Assembly (NCBI GenBank): GCA_011053095.1
Contig: DRHS01000137.1
Location: forward strand, 1,120-65,119
Source: Bacteroides sp.
GTDB taxonomy: Bacteria; Bacteroidota; Bacteroidia; Bacteroidales; SM23-62
Reading direction: 5' to 3'
Length of the DNA stretch: 64,000 nucleotides
Shown: piece after piece, positions 9,801 through 18,650 of the stretch
Position numbering within the stretch: position 1 is the stretch's first letter
How the letters are laid out: each line of letters opens with the position of its first letter
Translations under genes and position numbers: made by a program
The notes under the pieces: model-generated
Database searches by the model: none
What the model was told of the DNA's origin: nothing
What the model saw: the letters and a program-made list of their open reading frames with translations, nothing else

Positions 9801-11462
9801 GAAAGAATTGGTTGCAACATCTGGAATATGTGCAATACTGATGATGTATTATGGATGGGAAGTGATTGCGGCTTGTGGAAATTTGAAGATGGTGAGTACC
9901 AGAAACAAAATGTACTTGGTGATAATACTGTGGTTAAGGCAATAGTCCCCGCAAAGAATAAAAACTATCTCTGGCTGGGTACCAATAATGGATTTTCATA
10001 TTACAATATCTCCAATAATGAAATAGAATTCACCATTGATTCTAAAGACGGGTTGCCTGGTAATGAGATTACGGTCGGAAACCTGTTTATTGATGCCAAT
10101 GACCTTCTATGGATCGGCACCTACCATGGATTGTCAAATTTCAATTTGAGGGCAAAAGCTACCCGCACATTTACTCCCCTTTGTTACATTGAAAGGATTA
10201 TGCTTAATGGCGAGCCTATTGATAAAGAGAGTGGAAAGATCTTCAGGCATTTTGAAAATAATCTGATTTTTGAAATTTCAGGTTTATCATATTCAGACGA
10301 ACGATCCATAGAATATGAATTCTATCTCAGGGGAGTCGAAAATGATTACTCATCCTACCACAAAGGTCCCGAATTCAAAGCATACTATCCTAACCTTCCT
10401 GCTGGAAAATATGAATTCATATACAAAGCCAAGGGTAAAAACAATATCTGGGGATATGCCCAGAAATATGATTTCACAGTTAAAAAGGCCTGGTATCATA
10501 CCTGGTGGTTCAGGATTGCACTTATTGTTCTGATTAGTTTCGGTGCCTGGTCTTTCTATAAGATCCGGGTTCGAGCTATTGAAGCACAGAAAAACAAGCT
10601 GGAACAACTTGTCAGGGAGAGAACCCATGAACTCGAAGTTGCTAATATTGAGATTGAGGCTCAACGAGACCTTGCCACTATGCAGCGTGACAAAATTTCC
10701 CATCAGAAAAAAGAAATCGAAGATAGTATTTATTATGCCCAAAGAATTCAGCAATCTCTTCTCCCCTCTAAAGAATTCCTTGACCAGTTGTTGCCCGAAC
10801 ACTTTATTTATTTCAAGCCCAGGGATATCGTAAGTGGAGATTTTTACTGGTCAAATTTTATTCGCGGCAAGCTAATAATTACAGCCGCCGACTGCACGGG
10901 ACATGGTGTCCCTGGTGCATTTATGAGCATGCTCGGTATTGCTTTCCTTAATGATATAGTCAATAAACAGGAACAGATCGATGCAAGTATTATCCTTGAT
11001 CAGCTGCGAAATGAGATTATCCAGGCACTTGGACAAAGGGGAGCTGAAAGTGAATCAAAAGATGGAATGGATATGGCACTTTGCATAATTGACCGTGAAA
11101 ACAAAACTCTTCAATTTGCAGGTGCAAATAACCCCCTGTACCATATCCGCAAGAAAGAACTCATGGAAACCAAAGGAGATAAAATGCCGGTATCCATTCA
11201 TGAAACTATGCCATCTTTTACCAGCCACACAATAGAACTTGAAGAAGGCGATGCATTATACATTTTCTCAGATGGTTATCCGGATCAGTTTGGTGGACCA
11301 AGAGAGAAAAAATTCATGTACAAGTCCTTTAAAAATCTCCTTACTGACATCTCGGATAAATCCATGCAGGATCAGGCAGATATCCTTGAGAAAACTATGG
11401 CTGACTGGCAGGGAATACTTGAACAGATCGACGATATGGTTATCATTGGTATTCGTATTTGA
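6834..11462 (+). CDS. Membrane sensor phosphatase: 2x type-3 solute-binding domains + beta-propeller (Reg_prop) + Y_Y_Y + TM + coiled coil + SpoIIE/PP2C
   Basis: RDLDEIKKSG / RDLGEILESK repeats; DGLP..IYQDKKGYMWFGT propeller blades; YEFYLRG..NLPAGKYEF; TM WWFRIAL..; PRDIVSGDFYW, ADCTGHGVPGAFMS, DGMD, SDG, DD motifs. Confidence 0.88.
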   Translation: MRPFIAFVIIIFCLFPANARDLDEIKKSGKIRIAFTETDYNTINYPLAIEFARYLNVELEEVTIEWDQAFQINGKIPDDLKTNPEVSYTPEIFSSVDAIFSTFSILEWRKKIFGFSETLYSAELIMISEEGDAPKNYEELKGKSIAMMRGTSFESRISEINESIGGGITTILTENSDDAKNLLTSGDVWGVVLDADEALNFRINNNNEFKIGIPISAVSKTAYAVEKGNSLREEIENFFETISNNGVLDRIFNDMFGVTYSSYFQQISKNSRLELLNRDLGEILESKKLVVALRERNFVYKEGGPKQLMHALAEEFADFLGVQMEFVITPYFAKYWETDDGQVVRDSSYTPEWFNYYDVACEVIAPLDWRTNKVELVGIYPSEYTVIAKKDTRIRSIEDLKNLYGVTSSQTVYEQILLENGIDSFYFAKVNDYLSDIKDGKADYTIIYNAFFELSDYPELEVKLPLGELVVSWAVRKDQPELKWALEEFIKRSEEKGLINILIKAMRGQTLQTTEDFISSYYERFQTGQLPYVLYGVEDGLPQEDIFSIYQDKKGYMWFGTNSGVVKYNGREMKVWNTNNGLVDNTVLDIKQDTGGLMYFATSKGIAVFEEDSIVDNILEEVSFNNIFIDSYDTKWLLGDDGIYLIDPESNLTHFNDSWPELPDNIYDISEDPVTSDKYIASSEGIFIYSLADNTLTRVFDEYCYSIFIDVNDSVWISTQDGLFISSRGDFRSGQLPDRKRRLNKSLDVSGAIIKGIYQNSFGSVWLISDSEILQVLSTDQEAIKYEKEIGLNNNNILSFWVDLEDNIWIGFSGGLQRLTNKRGLRNFYPNTINSYIYSSFEDKYGRIWIASNNGIYYYSDNLVNFSSKLSSQTEKFCATLLPSGNILAASSEGLYEISANTLQVVRRRKFSNYLLSIENITVSENGEIFLLTGLSGVVYYMNEFRSDPQVIENKQTTNIYQLIDLHGTIIGGNKDEIVDFHDGNFRTIERIGCNIWNMCNTDDVLWMGSDCGLWKFEDGEYQKQNVLGDNTVVKAIVPAKNKNYLWLGTNNGFSYYNISNNEIEFTIDSKDGLPGNEITVGNLFIDANDLLWIGTYHGLSNFNLRAKATRTFTPLCYIERIMLNGEPIDKESGKIFRHFENNLIFEISGLSYSDERSIEYEFYLRGVENDYSSYHKGPEFKAYYPNLPAGKYEFIYKAKGKNNIWGYAQKYDFTVKKAWYHTWWFRIALIVLISFGAWSFYKIRVRAIEAQKNKLEQLVRERTHELEVANIEIEAQRDLATMQRDKISHQKKEIEDSIYYAQRIQQSLLPSKEFLDQLLPEHFIYFKPRDIVSGDFYWSNFIRGKLIITAADCTGHGVPGAFMSMLGIAFLNDIVNKQEQIDASIILDQLRNEIIQALGQRGAESESKDGMDMALCIIDRENKTLQFAGANNPLYHIRKKELMETKGDKMPVSIHETMPSFTSHTIELEEGDALYIFSDGYPDQFGGPREKKFMYKSFKNLLTDISDKSMQDQADILEKTMADWQGILEQIDDMVIIGIRI

Positions 11463-11536
11463 TCCACCTATATGCAACCCCCGCTCTTTTCTTCTGTCTT
11501 TTTAATTAACAAGATCGATAACAAAACACTATACCT

Positions 11537-12115
11537 ATGAAAAAGATATTTGCATTTGTACTTATTACCCTGTCTTTCAGTGGACTAAAAGCGCAGGACA
11601 GCGAAATCCAGACTCTCTTCTCAGGCAATATCCGAATCAGTGGATTCGGAGGGCCCGCGATGAGTTTTACAACCATGCGGGGCGAATTTGCCCATATGAT
11701 GGGTGGCGGCGGTGCCGTTCTTCTTGGAGATTTTTTTATTGGTGGTTATGGAGAGGGACTTACCAATGGTATTTCTGTCGGGGGCAACCGCTTAGATTTC
11801 GGACACGGGGGATTCTGGACCGGTTATTCCTTTATGGCAGCCCGGCCGTTGCATCCGACCATTTCGGCACAGATTGGATGGGGAAGCGCCGGAGAGCGGA
11901 GTCAGGATTATACCTATTATACCACAGACAATGTTTTTGTATTCAAACCCGCTATTGAGCTTGAAATGAATTTCACAAGATTCTTCCGGCTTAGTGTTGG
12001 GGCACATTACCGGGTAGTCACCGGAGTCAATCCTGAATTGTATTCAGAACCGATGAGCAACTCTGATCTGTCTGGACCAGGAGCCTCACTAACCTTTAAA
12101 TTTGGCTGGTTCTAA
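11537..12115 (+). CDS. Putative outer-membrane beta-barrel protein
   Basis: Signal peptide (LKA|Q), Gly/aromatic alternating strands, C-terminal FKFGWF. Confidence 0.7.
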   Translation: MKKIFAFVLITLSFSGLKAQDSEIQTLFSGNIRISGFGGPAMSFTTMRGEFAHMMGGGGAVLLGDFFIGGYGEGLTNGISVGGNRLDFGHGGFWTGYSFMAARPLHPTISAQIGWGSAGERSQDYTYYTTDNVFVFKPAIELEMNFTRFFRLSVGAHYRVVTGVNPELYSEPMSNSDLSGPGASLTFKFGWF

Positions 12116-12152
12116 AAGATTTCCTTTCCCACAAACATCATGTGATTACAGC

Positions 12153-12188
12153 GCGGGGGCTTTCAGATATAAAGTCCCCGTGTTTTTT
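12153..12188 (+). terminator. Rho-independent terminator
   Basis: GCGGGGGCTTT...AAAGTCCCCGT stem followed by GTTTTTT. Confidence 0.7.
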
Positions 12189-12202
12189 GCTATTTTTAGC
12201 AT

Positions 12203-13801
12203 GTGTATGATTTTATAGTCATTGGTTCAGGTTTCGGTGGTAGTGTAGCAGCATTGCGCCTTGCAGAAAAAGGATATTCGATCCTGGTAATTGAAAAGGG
12301 GAAACGGTATACCCATGAGGATTTCCCAAAATCCAACTGGAACCTTAGAAAATACCTGTGGATGCCCTCATTGAGATTTTTTGGATTCCAAAACCTTACG
12401 TTCAACCGTCATGCCAGCATTTTGAGTGGCACAGGAGTCGGAGGTGGCAGCCTCGTCTACGCAAACACGCTCTTTCATCCCCCTGATAAATTTTTTGAAC
12501 ATCCTTCCTGGAAAGCTTTTGGTGACTGGAAAAAGGTACTTTCCCCATTTTACGATACTGCTGCCTTTATGATGGGACGTAATAAATACAACCGGCTGAA
12601 CCCTGAGGACAAACTGCTTAAAGAAGTAGCGGAAGAAATGAACAGGTCCCATACCTTCGACAATGTGCAGGTTGGTGTTTATCTTTCCGAGGATAAAGAA
12701 GAGAAAGATCCTTATTTCGGGGGACTCGGTCCTCTGAGAAGTCCCTGTACCGAATGTGCCGGATGCATGGTAGGTTGCAGGGAAAACTCGAAAAACTCAC
12801 TCGATAAAAATTATCTTTATTTCGCTGAAAAATTTGGCGCCGGCATTATGGCCGAAACCACTGCCGAGAAAATTGAATACAAAAATGGTGAATACCTGGT
12901 CTATACAAAGTCCACTACATCCTTGTTTCCCGGCCGATCCGTTGTCTACAAAGGAGGTGGATTAATATTTGCCGGGGGAACCCTTGGTACAATGGAGCTG
13001 TTGCTCAAACAAAAATTTAAGTACAAATCTCTTCCGGGTTTATCCGATCAGCTCGGACATGGGATACTGACAAATTCTGAAACATTATGCGCCGTCTCGT
13101 CCATTCCACAGAAAATGAATAATGGACTTGCCATAACTTCAGTATTTAATCCCGATGATAATACCCATATCGAGATAGTAAAATACCCCGACAGGTCGAA
13201 TGCATTAAAGGCATTTTATTCGCTTTCAGCAAGGGGAACCAGGTCCAATTTCCTGCGCTTTCTTATACTTGTCTGGAACACTTTAAGCCAACCGTACAAG
13301 TTTTTGAAAGTGCTCTTTGATTTCCGGTGGTCAAATAATCTCGTGATTTTTCTGGTAATGCAGCATATAGAAAATGCAATGCGTATGATCTGGAAAAACA
13401 ATATTTTCGGTGGTAAAATGACTATCGACAATACGGGTAAGAAAAAAGTACCTGCATATATTGATGTCGGACAAAAAGTGATGGAAAGTTATGCCCGAAA
13501 ATCAGGAGGGATCGCTCAAAACATTATTCTCGAAGTGCTTTTCAACCGGCCCACCACAGCCCATATACTCGGCGGATGTCCCATGTCTGACGAAAAGGAC
13601 AGCGGGGTCGTTGATCCCCGTCTCAGAGTCCATGGATACAATAACATGTATGTTGTGGACGGATCGGTCATACAGGGAAATATCGGTGTCAACCCAAGTT
13701 TCACAATACTTGCAATGGCAGAATACGCAATGAGCCACATACCCGAAAAGGAAGGCAATAGTATTGTATCACTTGAAAAACAATTGGAAGAAATCAGATG
13801 A
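12203..13801 (+). CDS. GMC oxidoreductase, cholesterol oxidase (ChoD)-like
   Basis: IGSGFGGSV FAD motif, GVGGGSLVYAN, CTECAGCMVGC, TAHILGGC, GVNPSFTI; GTG start. Confidence 0.85.
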   Translation: MYDFIVIGSGFGGSVAALRLAEKGYSILVIEKGKRYTHEDFPKSNWNLRKYLWMPSLRFFGFQNLTFNRHASILSGTGVGGGSLVYANTLFHPPDKFFEHPSWKAFGDWKKVLSPFYDTAAFMMGRNKYNRLNPEDKLLKEVAEEMNRSHTFDNVQVGVYLSEDKEEKDPYFGGLGPLRSPCTECAGCMVGCRENSKNSLDKNYLYFAEKFGAGIMAETTAEKIEYKNGEYLVYTKSTTSLFPGRSVVYKGGGLIFAGGTLGTMELLLKQKFKYKSLPGLSDQLGHGILTNSETLCAVSSIPQKMNNGLAITSVFNPDDNTHIEIVKYPDRSNALKAFYSLSARGTRSNFLRFLILVWNTLSQPYKFLKVLFDFRWSNNLVIFLVMQHIENAMRMIWKNNIFGGKMTIDNTGKKKVPAYIDVGQKVMESYARKSGGIAQNIILEVLFNRPTTAHILGGCPMSDEKDSGVVDPRLRVHGYNNMYVVDGSVIQGNIGVNPSFTILAMAEYAMSHIPEKEGNSIVSLEKQLEEIR

Positions 13802-15408
13802 TCCCTACCCTTCAAATAAGGCGAATAATCCTTTGCCTTCTGAATTCAGCATTAATATTCTTCACTGCTTGTGGTTCAGGATCTGAAACAATATCGGAAG
13901 GGGATTTTTCTGTGCATATTCCATTTTTGGATGATGCACATATCGATGGAAATTTCGTTGACTGGCCGGAGTCCTATTCTCCCATTCGGGTTATATCTGA
14001 TATATATGGGAATGCACCCGACTCTTTAGATATGTATGCCAGATTCAGGTTGGGATGGGACAGGGAAGGATTGCTGATACAGGCCGAGATAAACGATGAT
14101 TCGATTTATGAAGATCCCGGGAAATTCTGGAATGGAGACGGTATTGAACTCTTTATAAGTCCCTCAATAGGATCATTTGATATCATCCAGATATCAGTGC
14201 GCCCATCACTTGAGCTTCCGGGTTCAACTGCATCCGTTATGTTTTATGATCACCGCAGAACCGATTCACTTAAATCCGTGATCCCGGAAGCTGAATTCTG
14301 CAAATCCTTATCAAAAAACGGATACCGGATTGAGGGAAGAATCCCTTTAAAGATGCTGGGGATCAATAAGCCCGAGCCGGGGATGAATATCGCCGTACAG
14401 ATCTATTTTAACGATTCCGACCGGGAGGAAGATTCCACTAATTTCAGCCTGCCCTGGTTTCCCGCACGTGAATCATACAGAAATCCGTATGCATTTCACA
14501 AAGTCAGACTAAGTCAGTCTTTTACTACTAGACCGGCACCGGAGGTTAGAGCCTATATTGTTGATGATAAAAAGCTTCACCTAAAAGTATTGTCTGAAAA
14601 ACCATCCAAGGGGAAACAACTTGAAGTAATTGCAGGAGAATTTAAAAGAAAATTCAATCTCCAGAGTGAAAATGATCACCTGTTTACACAGTCCTGGGTC
14701 ATTCCTTTGAAAAAAGCAAGCTGTGAAAAATCAAACCTTTCCTTTCTAAAAAACGATAGTGCATTTTTTGGAATTGAACACTGTCTTCTTTTCAGGTCTT
14801 ATGAGGAGCTTCCTGAACCCAACCGGTTTGAAGATGAGATCAGGATCTTTGAAATAATGGATCATTTCCGTCCCCCACCCCCTAATGCATTTTTATTTAC
14901 AGGCAGCTCTACTATCCGGAAATGGAATAACCTGGAAAATGACCTACCAGGACTTGTCTTCATAAACAGGGGATTCGGCGGATCCACAATGAATGATCTG
15001 AACTTCTACAGGGAGCGGATCGTATTTCCTTACAAGCCCTCAAGGATATATATTTACGAAGGAGACAACGACATCGCACGCGGAGCAAGTCCCACAGAAT
15101 TCATTAAAGAATGTACAGAGTTCATCAATGCATGCAGGGATCGTATCCCGGATTCTGAGATTTACTTTATGTCAATTAAACCAAGCCTTTCCCGGATGCG
15201 GAACTGGAAGGAGATGCAGGAAGCAAACAGGATGCTTGCAGAACTGCCATCCCGATTCGACAAGGTTCACTATATAGATATCTCAACCGGCATGCTCAAT
15301 GCAGAGGGAACTCCTAATAAAAATATCTTTGAAAGTGACAGATTGCATTTAAACGATCTTGGATATGTTATCCTGTCAAAAGCATTATGGTCATCACTAT
15401 ATGAATAA
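13798..15408 (+). CDS. Lipoprotein: CBM9-like/DOMON domain + SGNH/GDSL hydrolase
   Basis: Lipobox FTAC; IDG..DW, WD, GDGIELF (CBM9-like); FTGSSTIRKW, NRGFGGS, YEGDND, DRLH (SGNH blocks). Confidence 0.78.
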   Translation: MIPTLQIRRIILCLLNSALIFFTACGSGSETISEGDFSVHIPFLDDAHIDGNFVDWPESYSPIRVISDIYGNAPDSLDMYARFRLGWDREGLLIQAEINDDSIYEDPGKFWNGDGIELFISPSIGSFDIIQISVRPSLELPGSTASVMFYDHRRTDSLKSVIPEAEFCKSLSKNGYRIEGRIPLKMLGINKPEPGMNIAVQIYFNDSDREEDSTNFSLPWFPARESYRNPYAFHKVRLSQSFTTRPAPEVRAYIVDDKKLHLKVLSEKPSKGKQLEVIAGEFKRKFNLQSENDHLFTQSWVIPLKKASCEKSNLSFLKNDSAFFGIEHCLLFRSYEELPEPNRFEDEIRIFEIMDHFRPPPPNAFLFTGSSTIRKWNNLENDLPGLVFINRGFGGSTMNDLNFYRERIVFPYKPSRIYIYEGDNDIARGASPTEFIKECTEFINACRDRIPDSEIYFMSIKPSLSRMRNWKEMQEANRMLAELPSRFDKVHYIDISTGMLNAEGTPNKNIFESDRLHLNDLGYVILSKALWSSLYE

Positions 15409-15425
15409 AAACTCCATATATTAAT

Positions 15426-16802
15426 ATGAATGATTCTGACATACAGGTGATTATTCAAAGGCAGGAAAACTTTTTTCGCTCCGGGATCACCCTCGATACT
15501 AATTTTCGCCTTGATGCGCTTCGTAAACTTAAACATCTGCTCTGGGATTACGATGAGCAGATCACAGAAGCACTGAAACAGGATCTTGGTAAACATCCAT
15601 TTGAGACCTATGCCAGTGAACACGGTCTGGCCATCCAGGAAATCGGGATTATGATACGGAACCTGAATAAATGGTCTCGTCCCCAGCGGGCTTACACGCC
15701 GATGGCCCATTGGTTCGCCCGAAGCTATTATATAAACCAGCCCTATGGCAGGGTGCTGATCATTTCTCCATGGAACTATCCTCTCCAACTCCTCTTTATG
15801 CCACTGATCGGAGCGGTTGCGGCTGGAAATTGCGTGCTGGCCAAACCATCCAGGCATGCAGCGCATACAACCCGTGTAATGCAAAAACTAATTTCTGAAA
15901 ATTTTGATCCTGGACATATATCACTGATTGAAGGGGGAAGCCAGGTCAACCAGTACCTCCTGGATCAGCAGTTCGATTATATTTTCTTTACGGGCAGTAC
16001 CCAGGTAGGAAAAAAAGTGATGGAGGCAGCATCCAGGCATCTCACACCGGTGTCTCTTGAACTGGGTGGAAAATCACCGGTAATAGTTGAACCTGATTCC
16101 TCCCCTGAACTCGCTGCGAAAAGGATACTATGGGGGAAATTATTAAACTCAGGGCAATCCTGCGTTGCGCCTGACTACCTCCTCGTGCACAGGGATATCA
16201 AGGATAAACTGATAGAGGAGATGAATAAATATCTTCAATCAGCCTATGGTTCTGATATTAAAAGCAACCCGGATTACGGCAGGATGATCAATCAGGCCAA
16301 TACTGAGCACCTGGCAGAGACACTTAAAGGCAAGAAGATCATTATTGGGGGAGAAACGGATGTAGCTGAAAAATATATTGCACCCACGGTGGTCGAGGTG
16401 AATGATCTCAACGATATTCTGATGCAGGAAGAGGTTTTCGGTCCCATACTTCCACTTGTGGAATACAATGACCTGGGTGAAGCACTTGAAATAATCCGGA
16501 GTAAACCAAGACCACTTTCTCTCTATATATTTACCCGAAACAAAAAAACTCAGCAGAAGATTATCCTTAGCACCCAGTCAGGTACAGGTGGCATAAACGA
16601 CACTGTTATCCATTTTGTAAATCCCAACCTGCCCTTCGGCGGAGTAGGTAAAAGTGGCATGGGTAGATACCACGGGAAATACAGCTTTGAAACATTTTCA
16701 TACAAAAGGTCATTCCTGAACAAGGCAACCTGGATAGATATCCCGGTCAGATACCCACCGTACGGAAAAAAAATGTGGTTGATAAGGAAACTCATACGAT
16801 AA
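15426..16802 (+). CDS. Aldehyde dehydrogenase (ALDH3-like)
   Basis: ISPWNYP, FTGS, LELGGKSP, GQSCVAPDY, EEVFGP, PFGGVG. Confidence 0.93.
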   Translation: MNDSDIQVIIQRQENFFRSGITLDTNFRLDALRKLKHLLWDYDEQITEALKQDLGKHPFETYASEHGLAIQEIGIMIRNLNKWSRPQRAYTPMAHWFARSYYINQPYGRVLIISPWNYPLQLLFMPLIGAVAAGNCVLAKPSRHAAHTTRVMQKLISENFDPGHISLIEGGSQVNQYLLDQQFDYIFFTGSTQVGKKVMEAASRHLTPVSLELGGKSPVIVEPDSSPELAAKRILWGKLLNSGQSCVAPDYLLVHRDIKDKLIEEMNKYLQSAYGSDIKSNPDYGRMINQANTEHLAETLKGKKIIIGGETDVAEKYIAPTVVEVNDLNDILMQEEVFGPILPLVEYNDLGEALEIIRSKPRPLSLYIFTRNKKTQQKIILSTQSGTGGINDTVIHFVNPNLPFGGVGKSGMGRYHGKYSFETFSYKRSFLNKATWIDIPVRYPPYGKKMWLIRKLIR

Positions 16803-16838
16803 TCCAAAGTTTCTGAAGCCGGGGGTATGATTCCCGGA

Positions 16839-17606
16839 TCAGATCTCGATGTCCACCCAGACTGGACAATGATCCGAGTGTTTAGCTTCATTTATAATAC
16901 CGGCACCACGAAGCCTGGCAGATAATTCGATGGTCAGCATGTGGTAGTCCAGTCGCCAGCCAATATTCTTTTCCCTCGCATTCGAACGAAAACTCCACCA
17001 GCTGTATTTAACAGTTTCCGGATTCAGGTGCCTGAAGGAATCTACAAATCCGCTGGCAAGAAAAGTATCAAGCCATGCCCTTTCCTCGGGTAGAAATCCG
17101 GAACTTTTTTTATTTCCGACCGGGTTATGAATATCAATTTCATTGTGCGCAATATTGAAATCACCGCATACCAGGAGCATTGGCCTTGATTTTCTGAGCT
17201 CGGTCAGATAATTCAGAAAATCATCGAGAAATTTCATTTTAATTTCCTGTCTTATGTCACCTGTGGTCCCTGAAGGAATATAAACATCAAGCACCGAAAG
17301 GTCTCCATAGTCAGCCCGAATTACCCTTCCCTCGGAATCATAGGCTGGATTTCCCATTCCAATTTCAACATGATCAGGTTCCTCACGTGTAAATATCAGG
17401 ACTCCTGAATACCCTTTTTTTTCTGCTGAATGCCAGTAGTCCTTGTATCCCAGTTTATGGAATTCTCCGGTATCAACCTGCTCAGGCTGAGCCTTGGTTT
17501 CCTGTATGCAAATAATATCAGGGACAGTCTCTTCTAACCAGTCAAGTATGCCCTTGTTTATTGCAGAACGTATTCCGTTCAGATTGTATGAAATAATCCT
17601 TTTCAT
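16839..17606 (-). CDS. xth: Exodeoxyribonuclease III
   Basis: SYNLNG, IQETK, GYSGV, GDFNIAH, WRLDY, SDHCPV. Confidence 0.93.
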   Translation of the reverse strand: MKRIISYNLNGIRSAINKGILDWLEETVPDIICIQETKAQPEQVDTGEFHKLGYKDYWHSAEKKGYSGVLIFTREEPDHVEIGMGNPAYDSEGRVIRADYGDLSVLDVYIPSGTTGDIRQEIKMKFLDDFLNYLTELRKSRPMLLVCGDFNIAHNEIDIHNPVGNKKSSGFLPEERAWLDTFLASGFVDSFRHLNPETVKYSWWSFRSNAREKNIGWRLDYHMLTIELSARLRGAGIINEAKHSDHCPVWVDIEI

Positions 17607-17669
17607 TGAAAAGATGTTATCCGTTTAAGCCAAAGATAGGGAGATTATTTACTTTTGTGTTTCTATATC

Positions 17670-18605
17670 ATGGAAGGTAAAGCACTTGTCATAAAATCTG
17701 CCGGCAGCACTTATACGGTCCGTGCTTCCGGATCAGTCGATATGGACTGCAAGCTGGTCGGGAAGTATCGGCTTGAGGAACTAAGGAGTACCAATCCGGT
17801 GGTAGTCGGTGACTGGGTGGAATTTACCCTTGAAAAAGGTGAAAAACTTGGCAGAATTACCGGGGTCGATTCAAGAAAGAATTATATAATCAGAAAGTCT
17901 ACCAACCTTTCCAAGTCTCACCAGATCATTGCTTCAAACATCGACCTTCTGATGCTGATGGTTACGGTAAGCCATCCGGTCACCTTTCCCGAGTTTATCG
18001 ACAGATACCTGGTATCAGCAGAAGCTTATAATATCCCTGCAGTACTTCTGATCAATAAGGTTGATCTATATGGAGACAAGGAAAATGAGACTCTGGAGAA
18101 CTGGAAAAATATTTATGGCAAAATCGGATACAACTGCATTGAATGCTCAGTAACCGAAAGTATAAACATAGATAGCATAAGAGACATGCTGAAAGGTAAG
18201 GTTACATTAATGGCCGGGAATTCAGGGGTAGGAAAAAGTACACTTATCAATGTAATTGAACCGGGACTTAAACTCAGGACATCTGAACTTTCGGATTATC
18301 ACAAATCAGGAAAACATACCACAACATTTGCTGAGATGTTCGAGCTTGAAGTGGGGGGTTATATTATTGACACCCCTGGTATCAGGGGATTCGGAATAAC
18401 GGATATGGAAGACGAGCCCCTTTTCCATTATTTTCCGGAATTTTTCAGGATTTCTGCACAATGTAAATACAATAATTGCATACATGTTAATGAACCTGAT
18501 TGTGCTGTTATTCAGGCCATTGAGTCCGGTGAACTTAGTATTTCAAGGTACAACAGTTATCTTAACCTGTTAGAGGAGCAGAAAAACAGCTCGAAATACA
18601 GATGA
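17670..18605 (+). CDS. rsgA: Ribosome small subunit-dependent GTPase A
   Basis: NKVD, GNSGVGKS, GKHTT, DTPG, CKYNNCIHVNEPDC zinc motif. Confidence 0.95.
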   Translation: MEGKALVIKSAGSTYTVRASGSVDMDCKLVGKYRLEELRSTNPVVVGDWVEFTLEKGEKLGRITGVDSRKNYIIRKSTNLSKSHQIIASNIDLLMLMVTVSHPVTFPEFIDRYLVSAEAYNIPAVLLINKVDLYGDKENETLENWKNIYGKIGYNCIECSVTESINIDSIRDMLKGKVTLMAGNSGVGKSTLINVIEPGLKLRTSELSDYHKSGKHTTTFAEMFELEVGGYIIDTPGIRGFGITDMEDEPLFHYFPEFFRISAQCKYNNCIHVNEPDCAVIQAIESGELSISRYNSYLNLLEEQKNSSKYR

Positions 18606-18650
18606 GAGGGGATTTGGTTTATATTTGTGTTTATGGTAATTTACAGTTGA

